Of a stretch of DNA of 57,961 nt, positions 48,569 to 57,472 are shown piece after piece. The translations under genes were made by a program, and so were the position numbers. This DNA is from Minisyncoccota bacterium (GTDB taxonomy: Bacteria; Patescibacteriota; Minisyncoccia; JAHIHE01; JAGLIN01), in the NCBI GenBank assembly GCA_023143145.1, contig JAGLID010000066.1, forward strand, positions 1-57,961. The letters run 5' to 3'. Position 1 is the first letter of the stretch. Each line of letters starts with the position of its first letter. The notes under the pieces were generated by a model, which was not told where the DNA came from, made no database searches, and worked only from the letters and a program-made list of their open reading frames with translations.

Positions 48569-51500
48569 TTATTTCACTTCCACAAATCTCTTGTTGCTTT
48601 CATATGACCTTCCGTTTTTGTTGTTCATAACTGCGAAAATCAAATATTTTCCAGATATGAAATACTGCTTATCCTCTTCCCACAAAATTTGATAGAGATT
48701 ATCTTCTCCAGGGACGGGATAATTTGCTGAGCTAATCTTTTTTTTGATTCCCGGCTTTTTAACTAAATTCATATCAGCATCATATATGCTGTCTAGCTGA
48801 TAATAAAAATCTACATTTCGAACGTTTGAATTTGAAACTGCAACATTAAGAATAAATGGAAAATCAATGTCCAAAATTGGCTTGAGATATAACGAAGAAT
48901 CATTGCTAACTATAACTGTTATTTCTTTCCGAGCTAGATTTCCAACTTTGTCATAAGCCCGAACAGAAATTGTATGTAATCCTTCATTAGTTCCAGCCAA
49001 TAATTTATATGAAACTTCATAAGAAGAAACCTTGCCAACCCCAATAAGATTATCATCGAAATATACATCAATTTGCCCTAAACCAAAGACAGTAAATGCT
49101 TCGACACTAACAACTAGCTTCCCTTCCTGAATTATCTGATTTTCCTGAGGATAACGCACATTCAAAATTGGCATCTTGTCCTCTGCCCTAACTGAACAAA
49201 CTTCCGTCGGAATGTTTGTATTTATTTCAGTTGCGTTTTCCCCTGCCCACAGCAAAACCGACTCTTCCCAAACCGAAAAATTCGGATCAAGGACTATGTC
49301 TTTTGACATCTCGGCCCTTGGATTATCCCTATCAATATAATATAAAATATTATGAACTTCGAGATATGTTTTCTCTTCAATCTGATCTTCGGGGGTAAGT
49401 TCTGTAGCAAGTTTGTCTTCACAAGCTTTATCAATTTTAACCATAACCTCATTACTAAATTCTCCATCTAAAATTCTTTTACCAGTTTCAATTGGTTCTG
49501 GAGAAATAAAATCCTCAACTGGATCAAGAGCAAGCACTCTAGTCATAAAATCATTCCAAATTGGAGCGGCAACTGTAATACCTCCTCCTTGTTTCATTTT
49601 CTCTCCGTTATTATTTCCTGCCCAAACGCCAACAGCTAAACTTGGAGTATATCCAATCGTCCAACCATCTTTATAGTCACTAGTTGTCCCAGTTTTCGCG
49701 GCTACAGGTCTCCCTTCTAAATCCATTTTATTTTTCAAGCCAAATGTTTTTATCCTCGCATTATTATCAGAAAGAATACTGTTAATATTCCTAGCTACTT
49801 GTTTATCTAAAACATCTTTTGGATTTTCTGCAAACTCTTTTAAAACCTCTCCGTATGAATCTTCAACCTTCAAAATACCTACCGTATCATTTCTTTTCCC
49901 ATCATTTGCAAAAACGCTATACGAAGAAACCATATCAACCAACTTCACTTCTCCCGTTCCAAGGACCAAAGACAAGCCATATTTATCAGGACTATTCAGC
50001 GTAGTAATTCCTAAATTATGCGCCATTTGAACACTATCTCCTATACCAGCCAAATACAGTGTCTTTACCGCAGGTATATTTAATGACCTTCCTAACGCTT
50101 CCCGGATAGTTACTGGACCAGAAAATTGAAAATTATAATTTTGAGGAATATATTCTTTACCACTTCCGTCTTTACCAAAATTTGTTTCCACATCAAAAAG
50201 AATCGTATCGGGAGTATAACCTTTCTGGAATGCTGTCGCATAGACAAAAGGCTTAAACGATGAACCAGGCTGACGATTTGAAATTGCCACATTTACATTT
50301 CCATCTTCTTCTAAATCAAAATAATTTTTGCTACCAACCATAGAAAGGATTTGTCCAGTCTTCGGGTCAATTGCAACCAAAGCGGCATTCTTGGCATTAT
50401 ATTGAGTTTTATTTTCCTCCGCACCTGTTTTCACAGCATCTTCCGCAATGAGTTGCATATCATGGTCCAGAGTCGTATAAACTAGCAAACCGCCTTTCTC
50501 AACTTTTTCCTCGCCATATTCATCAACTAACTGTTGCTTTATATACATCACAAAATGAGGAGCTTTTATGCTTTCTTCAAATGGTTTAATTCTTTTCAAG
50601 ATATCTTCTTCCTTGGCGATAGCTTCTTCTTCTTCGTTTATAAAACCCTCTCCTCTCATTTGCCAAATGATATCTTGATAACGATTTTCTAACGCCTCGG
50701 GATGAGCACCATACGGAGAATAATATGTGGTCGCCTTGGGAAGACCTGCCAAAAGGGCTGATTCTGAAATATTCAGATCCTTGGCCGACTTTCCGAAAAA
50801 TGTTTGTGCCGCCGATTCAATCCCATAAGCATTAGAACCATAAGGGATTTGGTTTAAATACATTTCCATAATCTCATCCTTGCTAAATTTTTGCTCAGTT
50901 TCAATTGCCAAAATAAGCTCTTTTATTTTTCTCGTAAAAGTTCTCTCAGAAGTCAAAATTGAATTTTTTACTAACTGCTGAGTTATGGTTGATCCTCCCT
51001 GAAGTTTTTCTCCACTCACAACATCTTTATATATTGCTCGAGCAATGCCTCTAAAATCAACACCATAATGCTTATAAAAATCCTGATCTTCAGTCGCAAT
51101 CGTTGCATTAATCAGATGTTGTGAAATTTGGTCCAGCTTCACGACACTTCTTTTTTCCTCACCGTGAATTTCATATAAAAGATACTCCCCAGTTCTATCA
51201 TATATTTTTGTCGATTGAGCAACACTCCTGTCAGCGATTTTATCTGGATTTGGAATGTCTTTTGAAAAATATATAAAAATACCAATCATCGCCATTATCC
51301 CGACAACAAAAAATATCATTACTAATTTAAAAACGAACCTAAAAATTCTTTTAATTCTTCTTTTTTTCTGTTTACCCTTTTTAAGCCTGAAAACTCTTTC
51401 AAATAAAGACGGAACAACTTTTTTCCTTATCACACCTTTTCGAACAACTCCTCTTCTGACTACTTTCTTCGTGTGTGATAATTTTGGCAACTTCAAAAGA

Positions 51501-51574
51501 AGACTCTTTTTTTGACTAGGCCTTTTTCTCGTTATTGGTTTTTTTTCAATTCGATATTTTCTTCTGACAGCCAC
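48569..51574 (-). CDS. Class A penicillin-binding protein (GT51 transglycosylase plus transpeptidase) with long basic N-tail and C-terminal Ig-like extension
   Basis: GT51 motifs EDQDFYKHYGVD, GGSTITQQLVKN and RKIKE. Transpeptidase motifs SSFKPFVY (SxxK), SLN and KTGTT. About 85 aa of basic tail precede the TM, and ~300 extra C-terminal residues follow. Confidence 0.92.
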   Translation of the reverse strand: MAVRRKYRIEKKPITRKRPSQKKSLLLKLPKLSHTKKVVRRGVVRKGVIRKKVVPSLFERVFRLKKGKQKKRRIKRIFRFVFKLVMIFFVVGIMAMIGIFIYFSKDIPNPDKIADRSVAQSTKIYDRTGEYLLYEIHGEEKRSVVKLDQISQHLINATIATEDQDFYKHYGVDFRGIARAIYKDVVSGEKLQGGSTITQQLVKNSILTSERTFTRKIKELILAIETEQKFSKDEIMEMYLNQIPYGSNAYGIESAAQTFFGKSAKDLNISESALLAGLPKATTYYSPYGAHPEALENRYQDIIWQMRGEGFINEEEEAIAKEEDILKRIKPFEESIKAPHFVMYIKQQLVDEYGEEKVEKGGLLVYTTLDHDMQLIAEDAVKTGAEENKTQYNAKNAALVAIDPKTGQILSMVGSKNYFDLEEDGNVNVAISNRQPGSSFKPFVYATAFQKGYTPDTILFDVETNFGKDGSGKEYIPQNYNFQFSGPVTIREALGRSLNIPAVKTLYLAGIGDSVQMAHNLGITTLNSPDKYGLSLVLGTGEVKLVDMVSSYSVFANDGKRNDTVGILKVEDSYGEVLKEFAENPKDVLDKQVARNINSILSDNNARIKTFGLKNKMDLEGRPVAAKTGTTSDYKDGWTIGYTPSLAVGVWAGNNNGEKMKQGGGITVAAPIWNDFMTRVLALDPVEDFISPEPIETGKRILDGEFSNEVMVKIDKACEDKLATELTPEDQIEEKTYLEVHNILYYIDRDNPRAEMSKDIVLDPNFSVWEESVLLWAGENATEINTNIPTEVCSVRAEDKMPILNVRYPQENQIIQEGKLVVSVEAFTVFGLGQIDVYFDDNLIGVGKVSSYEVSYKLLAGTNEGLHTISVRAYDKVGNLARKEITVIVSNDSSLYLKPILDIDFPFILNVAVSNSNVRNVDFYYQLDSIYDADMNLVKKPGIKKKISSANYPVPGEDNLYQILWEEDKQYFISGKYLIFAVMNNKNGRSYESNKRFVEVK

Positions 51575-52068
51575 AGCATAGGATTAAGGATTAAGCTATA
51601 TTTCCACCGAGTCTTAGCTGAGAGTTTACGAACTTAGTTACACAGATATGTTATGACTCAATAAATACATTATAACGATAATTTGCAGTTTTGAAAAGTA
51701 AGTAAGAAAAGGTTTGTATAAAACAAACTTCATGAAGTAGTAAATCAAAGATATAAAAGTTTGTTATTCTTCGTAATTTCACAATATATTCTTATTCTAC
51801 TTCATATATTGTGCAAATAAAACAACAGAACTATCCTTGTAAAATATCTAAATTTATGGTAAGTTGAAATTAGAAAATGGTTTATTATAACAAAAAAGAT
51901 TATTCTTCTATCTTGTAAAAAATTTCGTAATATTGTTGATTGAGCTTCTCTGACCTAAACCATCTATTTCTAAAAGATAAATTTAGCTCAAAAAAAGAAA
52001 GGATTCTAAAATCCTAACGTTCATTTGTTCAATTATTTCGAATTTTTTGATAAAAAATGAATAAATAA

Positions 52069-52167
52069 TTATCTTACTTTTCCATTTCCTCTTTTTCTTT
52101 TCTTTTGCCTTTTCTTTGTATCTTTATTATCTTGTATCTTTCTTGCTCGCTTTCCTTCTTTGGCCAT
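52069..52167 (-). CDS. Possible 32-aa highly basic peptide (below the ORF-track cutoff)
   Basis: GGAGGTG-tttt-ATG, then MAKEGKRARKIQDNKDTKKRQKKRKRGNGKVR*. The strong SD at ideal spacing is unusual for a random ORF in this region. Confidence 0.4.
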   Translation of the reverse strand: MAKEGKRARKIQDNKDTKKRQKKRKRGNGKVR

Positions 52168-52230
52168 AAAACACCTCCATGCTTATTAACTAACAAAATT
52201 ATATCCAATTTAAACTAATGCGTCAACACT

Positions 52231-53592
52231 ATGAATAAAATTAATACAAACTCAAAACAAATTGATGAAATTCTGAACCGCGGGACAATTGTTGAAATTT
52301 TGCCGACCAAGAAAGAATTTCTAGAAAAATTATTAAGTGGCGAAAGACTGAAATTTTATATTGGTTTTGATGCCACCGCACCAACCTTACACCTCAGCCA
52401 TGCCAAGAATATTATGTTATTAGAAAAATTCCGCAAACTCGGTCACGAAGTCATTCTTTTATTTGGAGACTTTACAGCGCGAATCGGTGATCCGACTGGT
52501 GAAAGTTCCGCCAGAAAACAACTCTCACGAGAAGAAGTTTTGACAAATGTTGAAAAATGGAAAAAAATGATTCAACCTCTAATGGATTTCAAAGACTTAG
52601 AAAATCCACCACAAATTAGATATAATCACGACTGGCTTTCAAAGCTTACATTAGAAGATATTATTAGTTTAGCTAGTAATTTTACTGTCCAACAAATGTT
52701 AGAGAGAGATATGTTCCAAAAGAGAATGGTAACAATGGTCGTATGTAGATATTGTGATAATAGATTTATTTCTCCTATACAATTTAGTAAAGAAAGTTTT
52801 GAGACTGTTCAAATGTCTGGAAATATTACAAATTGTCCAAACTGTAAAAAAAATACTTATTTAAATAAGGAAGATTTGATATTTGAAAAAGAACCAATTC
52901 ATCTCCACGAATTTTTATATCCGCTAATGCAAGGTTATGATTCCGTGGCAATGGATGTTGATGTTGAATTATGTGGCACAGACCAAACCTTTAATGCTTT
53001 AGCGGGACGAACTTTATTGAGAAAATTAAAAGGGAAAGAAAAGTTTGTCGTGGCGGTCACCTTAATGGAGAATCCAAAAACTGGTGAATTGATGTCAAAA
53101 AGCAAGGGAACTGGAGTTTTTCTGAACACCTCTACCAATGACATGTTCGGTCAAATTATGGCGCAGCCCGATGAAATGATAGAAATTTTGTTTATAAATA
53201 ATACATTTTTATCTCTTGAAGAAATTAAGAGTTTAATGAGCTCAGATAATCCCCGCGACACCAAAGCAAATCTGGCTCGTGAAATTGTGGCAATCTACCA
53301 CGGCAAAGCTGAGGCTGAAAATGCAGAAGAAGAATTCAACAAAATTTTCCGTGACAAGAAAAAACCAACTAACATTCCAGAAATCAAACTTGAAAAAAAA
53401 GAGTACAGTCTTTTGAATTTACTCTCTGAAACAAAACTATCTTCTTCAAAATCAGATGCCCGTCGACTCGTTGGACAAGGCGGAGTGAAAATTGACGATG
53501 TCGTGCAGAAAGATTTTGACAAAATCATTGATATTAAAAATGAAATGATTGTGCAAGTCGGGAAGAGAAGGTTTATGAAGATTGTTTTATAA
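52231..53592 (+). CDS. tyrS: Tyrosine--tRNA ligase with an internal Zn-ribbon-like insertion
   Basis: YIGFDATAPTLHLSH (HIGH region), GDFTARIGDPTG, YPLMQGYD, ELMSKSKG (KMSKS) and a C-terminal S4 domain SKSDARRLVGQGGVKIDD. The insertion reads CRYC...CPNC. Confidence 0.92.
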   Translation: MNKINTNSKQIDEILNRGTIVEILPTKKEFLEKLLSGERLKFYIGFDATAPTLHLSHAKNIMLLEKFRKLGHEVILLFGDFTARIGDPTGESSARKQLSREEVLTNVEKWKKMIQPLMDFKDLENPPQIRYNHDWLSKLTLEDIISLASNFTVQQMLERDMFQKRMVTMVVCRYCDNRFISPIQFSKESFETVQMSGNITNCPNCKKNTYLNKEDLIFEKEPIHLHEFLYPLMQGYDSVAMDVDVELCGTDQTFNALAGRTLLRKLKGKEKFVVAVTLMENPKTGELMSKSKGTGVFLNTSTNDMFGQIMAQPDEMIEILFINNTFLSLEEIKSLMSSDNPRDTKANLAREIVAIYHGKAEAENAEEEFNKIFRDKKKPTNIPEIKLEKKEYSLLNLLSETKLSSSKSDARRLVGQGGVKIDDVVQKDFDKIIDIKNEMIVQVGKRRFMKIVL

Positions 53593-53619
53593 TTTGTTTT
53601 ATTTCTCATCGTGTATGAG

Positions 53620-53640
53620 ATTCTGAACTTGATTCAGAAT
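53620..53640. terminator. Hairpin (dispersed-repeat copy) downstream of tyrS
   Basis: attctgaa-cttga-ttcagaat is a perfect 8-bp stem ~28 nt after the tyrS stop. No clear T-tract follows. Confidence 0.4.
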
Positions 53641-53667
53641 AACAACTTCTAACAGTTCAAAACAATC

Positions 53668-54798
53668 ATGACAAAAATAATCACCCTCTTAAAAGAAATT
53701 GTTGAACTTTGTGAAACTAATAATATTAAATATTGGATAATTGGTGGTTTTGCAGTTGATGGAAAAAGAGGATACATTTCAAGAAACCATAGCGACATAG
53801 ATATATGTTTTCACAATTTGCATCAAAACAAAGCTTTAGAAATATTTTTTAATAACAATTTCATAGTCACAAGACAAGGCTTGAAATATGTTTTCTACAA
53901 ACATGACATCAAAATTGATGTGTTTATTCTTTTTGATAAAATCAAATATTACGAAAGAAAGCGAGAATGGTTTGAGGCGAGTTTTCCAAAAGAAATTTTT
54001 AATGATTTTCAAATCGGTAAAATTGGTAATCTGAATTTCACAATTCCATCCAATGAAGGCTTGAAATATTACGGAAGCAAAACAAAATACAAAAAAGATA
54101 AATTATATACTGAGAAATTACCAATTAATAATAATATATATTCAATGATTTTTTATAATGAATTTGCTGATTATAAAAAATCTATAAAAAATGTCGAGTT
54201 GAAAGAAATTATTGTAATTAATTCGAAAATAATAGAAATCGAATATGAATTTTTAGATGTTTTAGATGAAAATGGAAAAAAGATTGGAAAATCAAAACCA
54301 TTAACCCAAGTTCACCGAGACGGATCGTGGCACAAGTCATCTCATGTTTGGATTTATAATTCTAAAGGAGAAATTCTTTTTCAAAAAAGGTCTAAAACAA
54401 CCTTCTTTCCAGGCCTATTAGATATCTCAATCGGAGGACATATTACATCGGGGAAAAAATCAAAAGAAACTGCCATAAGAGAAGTTGAAGAAGAAATAGG
54501 TCTGAAAATAAAAAATAAAGACCTGAAAAAGATCGGGACAAAAAAAATGTCTTTGATCTTGCCTGATCTAAATTTTTACAACAACGAATTCATAACGATC
54601 TATCTTCTCAAGTTTGATGATAATATTTCTTCATTTCGATTTCAGGATGAAGAAGTAAAAAGTGTAAAATTTATACCAATAGAAAAACTTAAATCAGATT
54701 TGAAAAATCCAAAATTATATAAAAAATTCGTTCCTCATGGAAAATATTATTTTTATATCATTGAAAAAATTAAAAAAGAATTACAAATCAATTATTAA
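53668..54798 (+). CDS. Fusion protein: ANT(2'')/AadB-like nucleotidyltransferase domain plus NUDIX hydrolase domain
   Basis: The N-terminus NNIKYWIIGGFAVDGKRGYISRNHSDIDICF parallels AadB LPLWIGGGWAIDARLGRVTRKHDDIDLTF (G-G/S...DxD NTase core). The C-terminal Nudix box is GGHITSGKKSKETAIREVEEEIGL, preceded by WHKSSHVWIYNSKGEILFQKRS. Confidence 0.7.
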   Translation: MTKIITLLKEIVELCETNNIKYWIIGGFAVDGKRGYISRNHSDIDICFHNLHQNKALEIFFNNNFIVTRQGLKYVFYKHDIKIDVFILFDKIKYYERKREWFEASFPKEIFNDFQIGKIGNLNFTIPSNEGLKYYGSKTKYKKDKLYTEKLPINNNIYSMIFYNEFADYKKSIKNVELKEIIVINSKIIEIEYEFLDVLDENGKKIGKSKPLTQVHRDGSWHKSSHVWIYNSKGEILFQKRSKTTFFPGLLDISIGGHITSGKKSKETAIREVEEEIGLKIKNKDLKKIGTKKMSLILPDLNFYNNEFITIYLLKFDDNISSFRFQDEEVKSVKFIPIEKLKSDLKNPKLYKKFVPHGKYYFYIIEKIKKELQINY

Positions 54799-54843
54799 TA
54801 AATCTCGATAAAATTTAAGGAAAAAGAAATTTTTGCGCGTACT

Positions 54844-55071
54844 GTGAAAATTGGAGAAAAATTTGGCAAACTCTGCCAAGAAATTTTGTTTCATGCTAGC
54901 CAGCAAGAAAAACATAAAAAAGACAAATTCGACGAAAATAATTTATCCGAAGAATTTGCCGACGTAATTTTCACGACCCTCTTTCTAGCAAAAGATATGA
55001 ATGTTGATACCAAAAAAGCACTTAAAGATAAAATAAAAAAATTTATAAGAGATATGAAAATTAATATTTAA
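54844..55071 (+). CDS. MazG-like NTP pyrophosphohydrolase domain protein, apparently N-terminally truncated
   Basis: IGEKFGKLCQEI ... EEFADVIFTTLFLAKDMNVD fits the EExxE...ExxD all-alpha NTP-PPase pattern. It is only 75 aa with a GTG start. The frame is open from 54802, directly after the previous stop. Confidence 0.55.
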   Translation: MKIGEKFGKLCQEILFHASQQEKHKKDKFDENNLSEEFADVIFTTLFLAKDMNVDTKKALKDKIKKFIRDMKINI

Positions 55072-55286
55072 TTTTTTAATTCAACTAATTTTTTTAAAAT
55101 TTCGACTAGCTTATTTTTAACAAAACTCGGCATACCTTCAATTTCGTTGCTTTCAAAAGTTTTTATTAACATATCAAGTTCATCTTTGCTAAGTTTTGAA
55201 AAAAATTCCTTTGCTTGACTATCTGATGGCTTGCTTTTTAGCATTATATCAAACTTTTCAAAAAGTTTTTCTTCTTCTTCGCTCAT
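55068..55286 (-). CDS. Small acidic helical hypothetical protein
   Basis: 72 aa, MSEEEEKLFEKF.... It lies 11 nt downstream of the preceding minus-strand ORF. Confidence 0.45.
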   Translation of the reverse strand: MSEEEEKLFEKFDIMLKSKPSDSQAKEFFSKLSKDELDMLIKTFESNEIEGMPSFVKNKLVEILKKLVELKN

Positions 55287-55297
55287 AGTTTTTTTTA

Positions 55298-55579
55298 TTA
55301 TGAAATAGAGCTATGTCCTTTTTTGCTTGAATCACTTTCCCAAAGTCCTTTAAGCATCACCTTAAAACCTAACCAAATAAAGGCAAGAGTCGCAACTGCA
55401 GGAGTTATGTCTTGGGCGAAATCAACAGCATTTTCGAAAGATTCTCCTAAGGGTGATTCTGCCATAATATTAGATGCTTCTCCGCCCATTTCTTCAAAAA
55501 GATCATCAATAATAGGAGGACCGCCTTCAACAATAGCAGTCCCAAGTGCAATACATCCAGCTTCTTTTCCTGGTCCCAT
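55298..55579 (-). CDS. Small hypothetical protein with one C-terminal TM helix; compositionally GC-shifted
   Basis: 93 aa with an acidic Gly/Ala-rich N-part and the TM ITPAVATLAFIWLGFKVML. Visibly more GC-rich than its neighbours. The antisense ORF 55323..55592 is judged spurious. Confidence 0.45.
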   Translation of the reverse strand: MGPGKEAGCIALGTAIVEGGPPIIDDLFEEMGGEASNIMAESPLGESFENAVDFAQDITPAVATLAFIWLGFKVMLKGLWESDSSKKGHSSIS

Positions 55580-55627
55580 ATGTTTTTATTAAAAATAAAA
55601 TTTAAAATAAACCCGCTTCAACTTAAT

Positions 55628-56299
55628 TTACTCCTCGTATCCCAACACGGGCTTGACCTCTTTTTCTATTGGAATTAAATATTTTTTATATTCTTTTATC
55701 ATAAATTTCAAGTCTTCAGTAAATTTCTCAGGCTCTTCCTGAATTCTTTCTTTTAATTGCTTTGATGTAAAAACCTCAATGCCAATTGATTCCCCGTCCT
55801 TGAATCTTATAGAACCATCATAATAACCGATATAAAATGTTGTTATATAAGGTTGTTTGAAATCACCATCTTTGGATTTTCTTACCGAAATGAAATTCTG
55901 AATACTGTCTACTTTTTTGAATAATCCGATAATGCTTACATCAGTTGATTGCACCGCTAAACGAAATTCATCATCAGTCAAAACAACAGCAGGAAACCCA
56001 AGTTCCTCATGGCATTCTTTCACAACAGTAAGCCCCAGAGTGTGCCCCGCTACAACATGTCCTCCGATAGTTTTATCATATAAACCTGGATTTTCATTTT
56101 TGTAATAACTCCTTTTTTGAATATATATATGACCCTTTGAATTTAAAAGAAGCATCCTAATAGATTTTACTTGTTTTATAATTTTTCCAGTTTCCTTAAA
56201 TTCTTTTTTAATCTCATCATAAAACTCATCTCTTTTTTGAGTTTTGATTATATTCCCTTGAAGATCATAAACCTCTAATAATTCTTCCATATTTTTCAA
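55628..56299 (-). CDS. NUDIX hydrolase (IDI/YfcD-like subgroup)
   Basis: Nudix box GGHVVAGHTLGLTVVKECHEELGF, preceded by LLLNSKGHIYIQKRSYYKNENPGLYD. Confidence 0.8.
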   Translation of the reverse strand: MKNMEELLEVYDLQGNIIKTQKRDEFYDEIKKEFKETGKIIKQVKSIRMLLLNSKGHIYIQKRSYYKNENPGLYDKTIGGHVVAGHTLGLTVVKECHEELGFPAVVLTDDEFRLAVQSTDVSIIGLFKKVDSIQNFISVRKSKDGDFKQPYITTFYIGYYDGSIRFKDGESIGIEVFTSKQLKERIQEEPEKFTEDLKFMIKEYKKYLIPIEKEVKPVLGYEE

Positions 56300-56362
56300 T
56301 TATTGTTTATTGATTGTGCAATAAAAGCATATACTTTTATTAAAATGAAGTAAACTAAAAAT

Positions 56363-57253
56363 CTACAACAACCCCGCACCGACCAAAGACGCCTCATTCC
56401 CTAGTTTAGATTTCAATATTTTCGTTTTTCTCCCTGGTATTAAAACTTTTTTTAATGCCTCTTTTTTTGCCAATTTCAAAATTTCGTCTTGCTTAACAAC
56501 GCTTCCTCCAATAACGATAGCTTCTGGATTTATTATATTAATAATGTTCACTAATCCTGTCACAAGATAAAAACTTGTTTCTTTGATAATTTTCACATCT
56601 TTTTTAGCTCCTTTCGCTGAATCAATTGCAATGTCTTTTGATTTCTTTTTTTGCTTATATAATTCAAAATATAATTCTTCAATCGCTCTTCCAGATACAT
56701 ATTGCTCCCAACAACCTTTATTTCCACAAGCGCATTTTTTACCATTCTCCACAATAACCATATGTCCAAATTCTCCAGCAATATTATATTCTCCACGATA
56801 TAATTTGTCTTTAACTTCAATCGCCCCTCCAATTCCTGTTCCAATCGTCAAATAAACAATGTTATGATATTTTTTCACTTTTCCAAAAACATTTTCCGCC
56901 AACGCAAAACATTTCACATCATTATCAACTTCAACATTTTCACCAATTGTTTCTTTGATAATTTTCTTTAAATTTACATTTTTAAAACCTTTAATATTGG
57001 GAATATAATTTATTATATCTTTTTTATAATCTATCTGCCCCGCAATTCCCATTCCGATCCTACTAAAACTATTATCTTTTTTATAATAAACGACAAGCTC
57101 CATTAATTTTTGAATGACGGCTTTTCTGCTTTTTGGCGTTGCATTTTTTTGATAATCAAAAATTTTATAGCTGTTTTTTTCAAATTCAATAATTCCGCTG
57201 GCAATTTTTGTTCCGCCAATGTCAAAGGCTAGGACTCGCTTTTTATTTTTCAT
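56363..57253 (-). CDS. ROK-family sugar kinase (glucokinase-like)
   Basis: VLAFDIGGTKIASGII (ATP-binding), GTGIGGAI and the ROK Zn motif GHMVIVENGKKCACGNKGCWEQYVSG. Confidence 0.85.
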   Translation of the reverse strand: MKNKKRVLAFDIGGTKIASGIIEFEKNSYKIFDYQKNATPKSRKAVIQKLMELVVYYKKDNSFSRIGMGIAGQIDYKKDIINYIPNIKGFKNVNLKKIIKETIGENVEVDNDVKCFALAENVFGKVKKYHNIVYLTIGTGIGGAIEVKDKLYRGEYNIAGEFGHMVIVENGKKCACGNKGCWEQYVSGRAIEELYFELYKQKKKSKDIAIDSAKGAKKDVKIIKETSFYLVTGLVNIINIINPEAIVIGGSVVKQDEILKLAKKEALKKVLIPGRKTKILKSKLGNEASLVGAGLL

Positions 57254-57341
57254 AGTGATAATTTAAATTATAATTACTACCATCCCAAAATTTTTTCTGG
57301 ATTAATAGCACTGATTTTTATCAGCATAACTCCAAAAACAA

Positions 57342-57419
57342 TGTCTGGAATCCAGTTTATCTTATTTTAATAAATTATACGAAAAATATTATTTATTGAG
57401 ACTTACTGGATTCCAGACA
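57342..57419. repeat. Perfect 15-bp inverted repeat upstream of the ROK kinase gene
   Basis: tgtctggaatccagt (57342-57356) is the exact reverse complement of actggattccagaca (57405-57419), with a 48-nt AT-rich spacer. Confidence 0.55.
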
Positions 57420-57472
57420 AATTCCTCAGCTCCACTGCAAAATTTTCTAGAACGACAGAAAAGTAAAGGCCT

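Noticed and set aside
51575-52230. T-box leader upstream of tyrS
   Set aside because: No T-box consensus (AAnnnGGGTGGTACCGCG-like) and no specifier-loop/antiterminator arrangement is visible in the 650-nt spacer.
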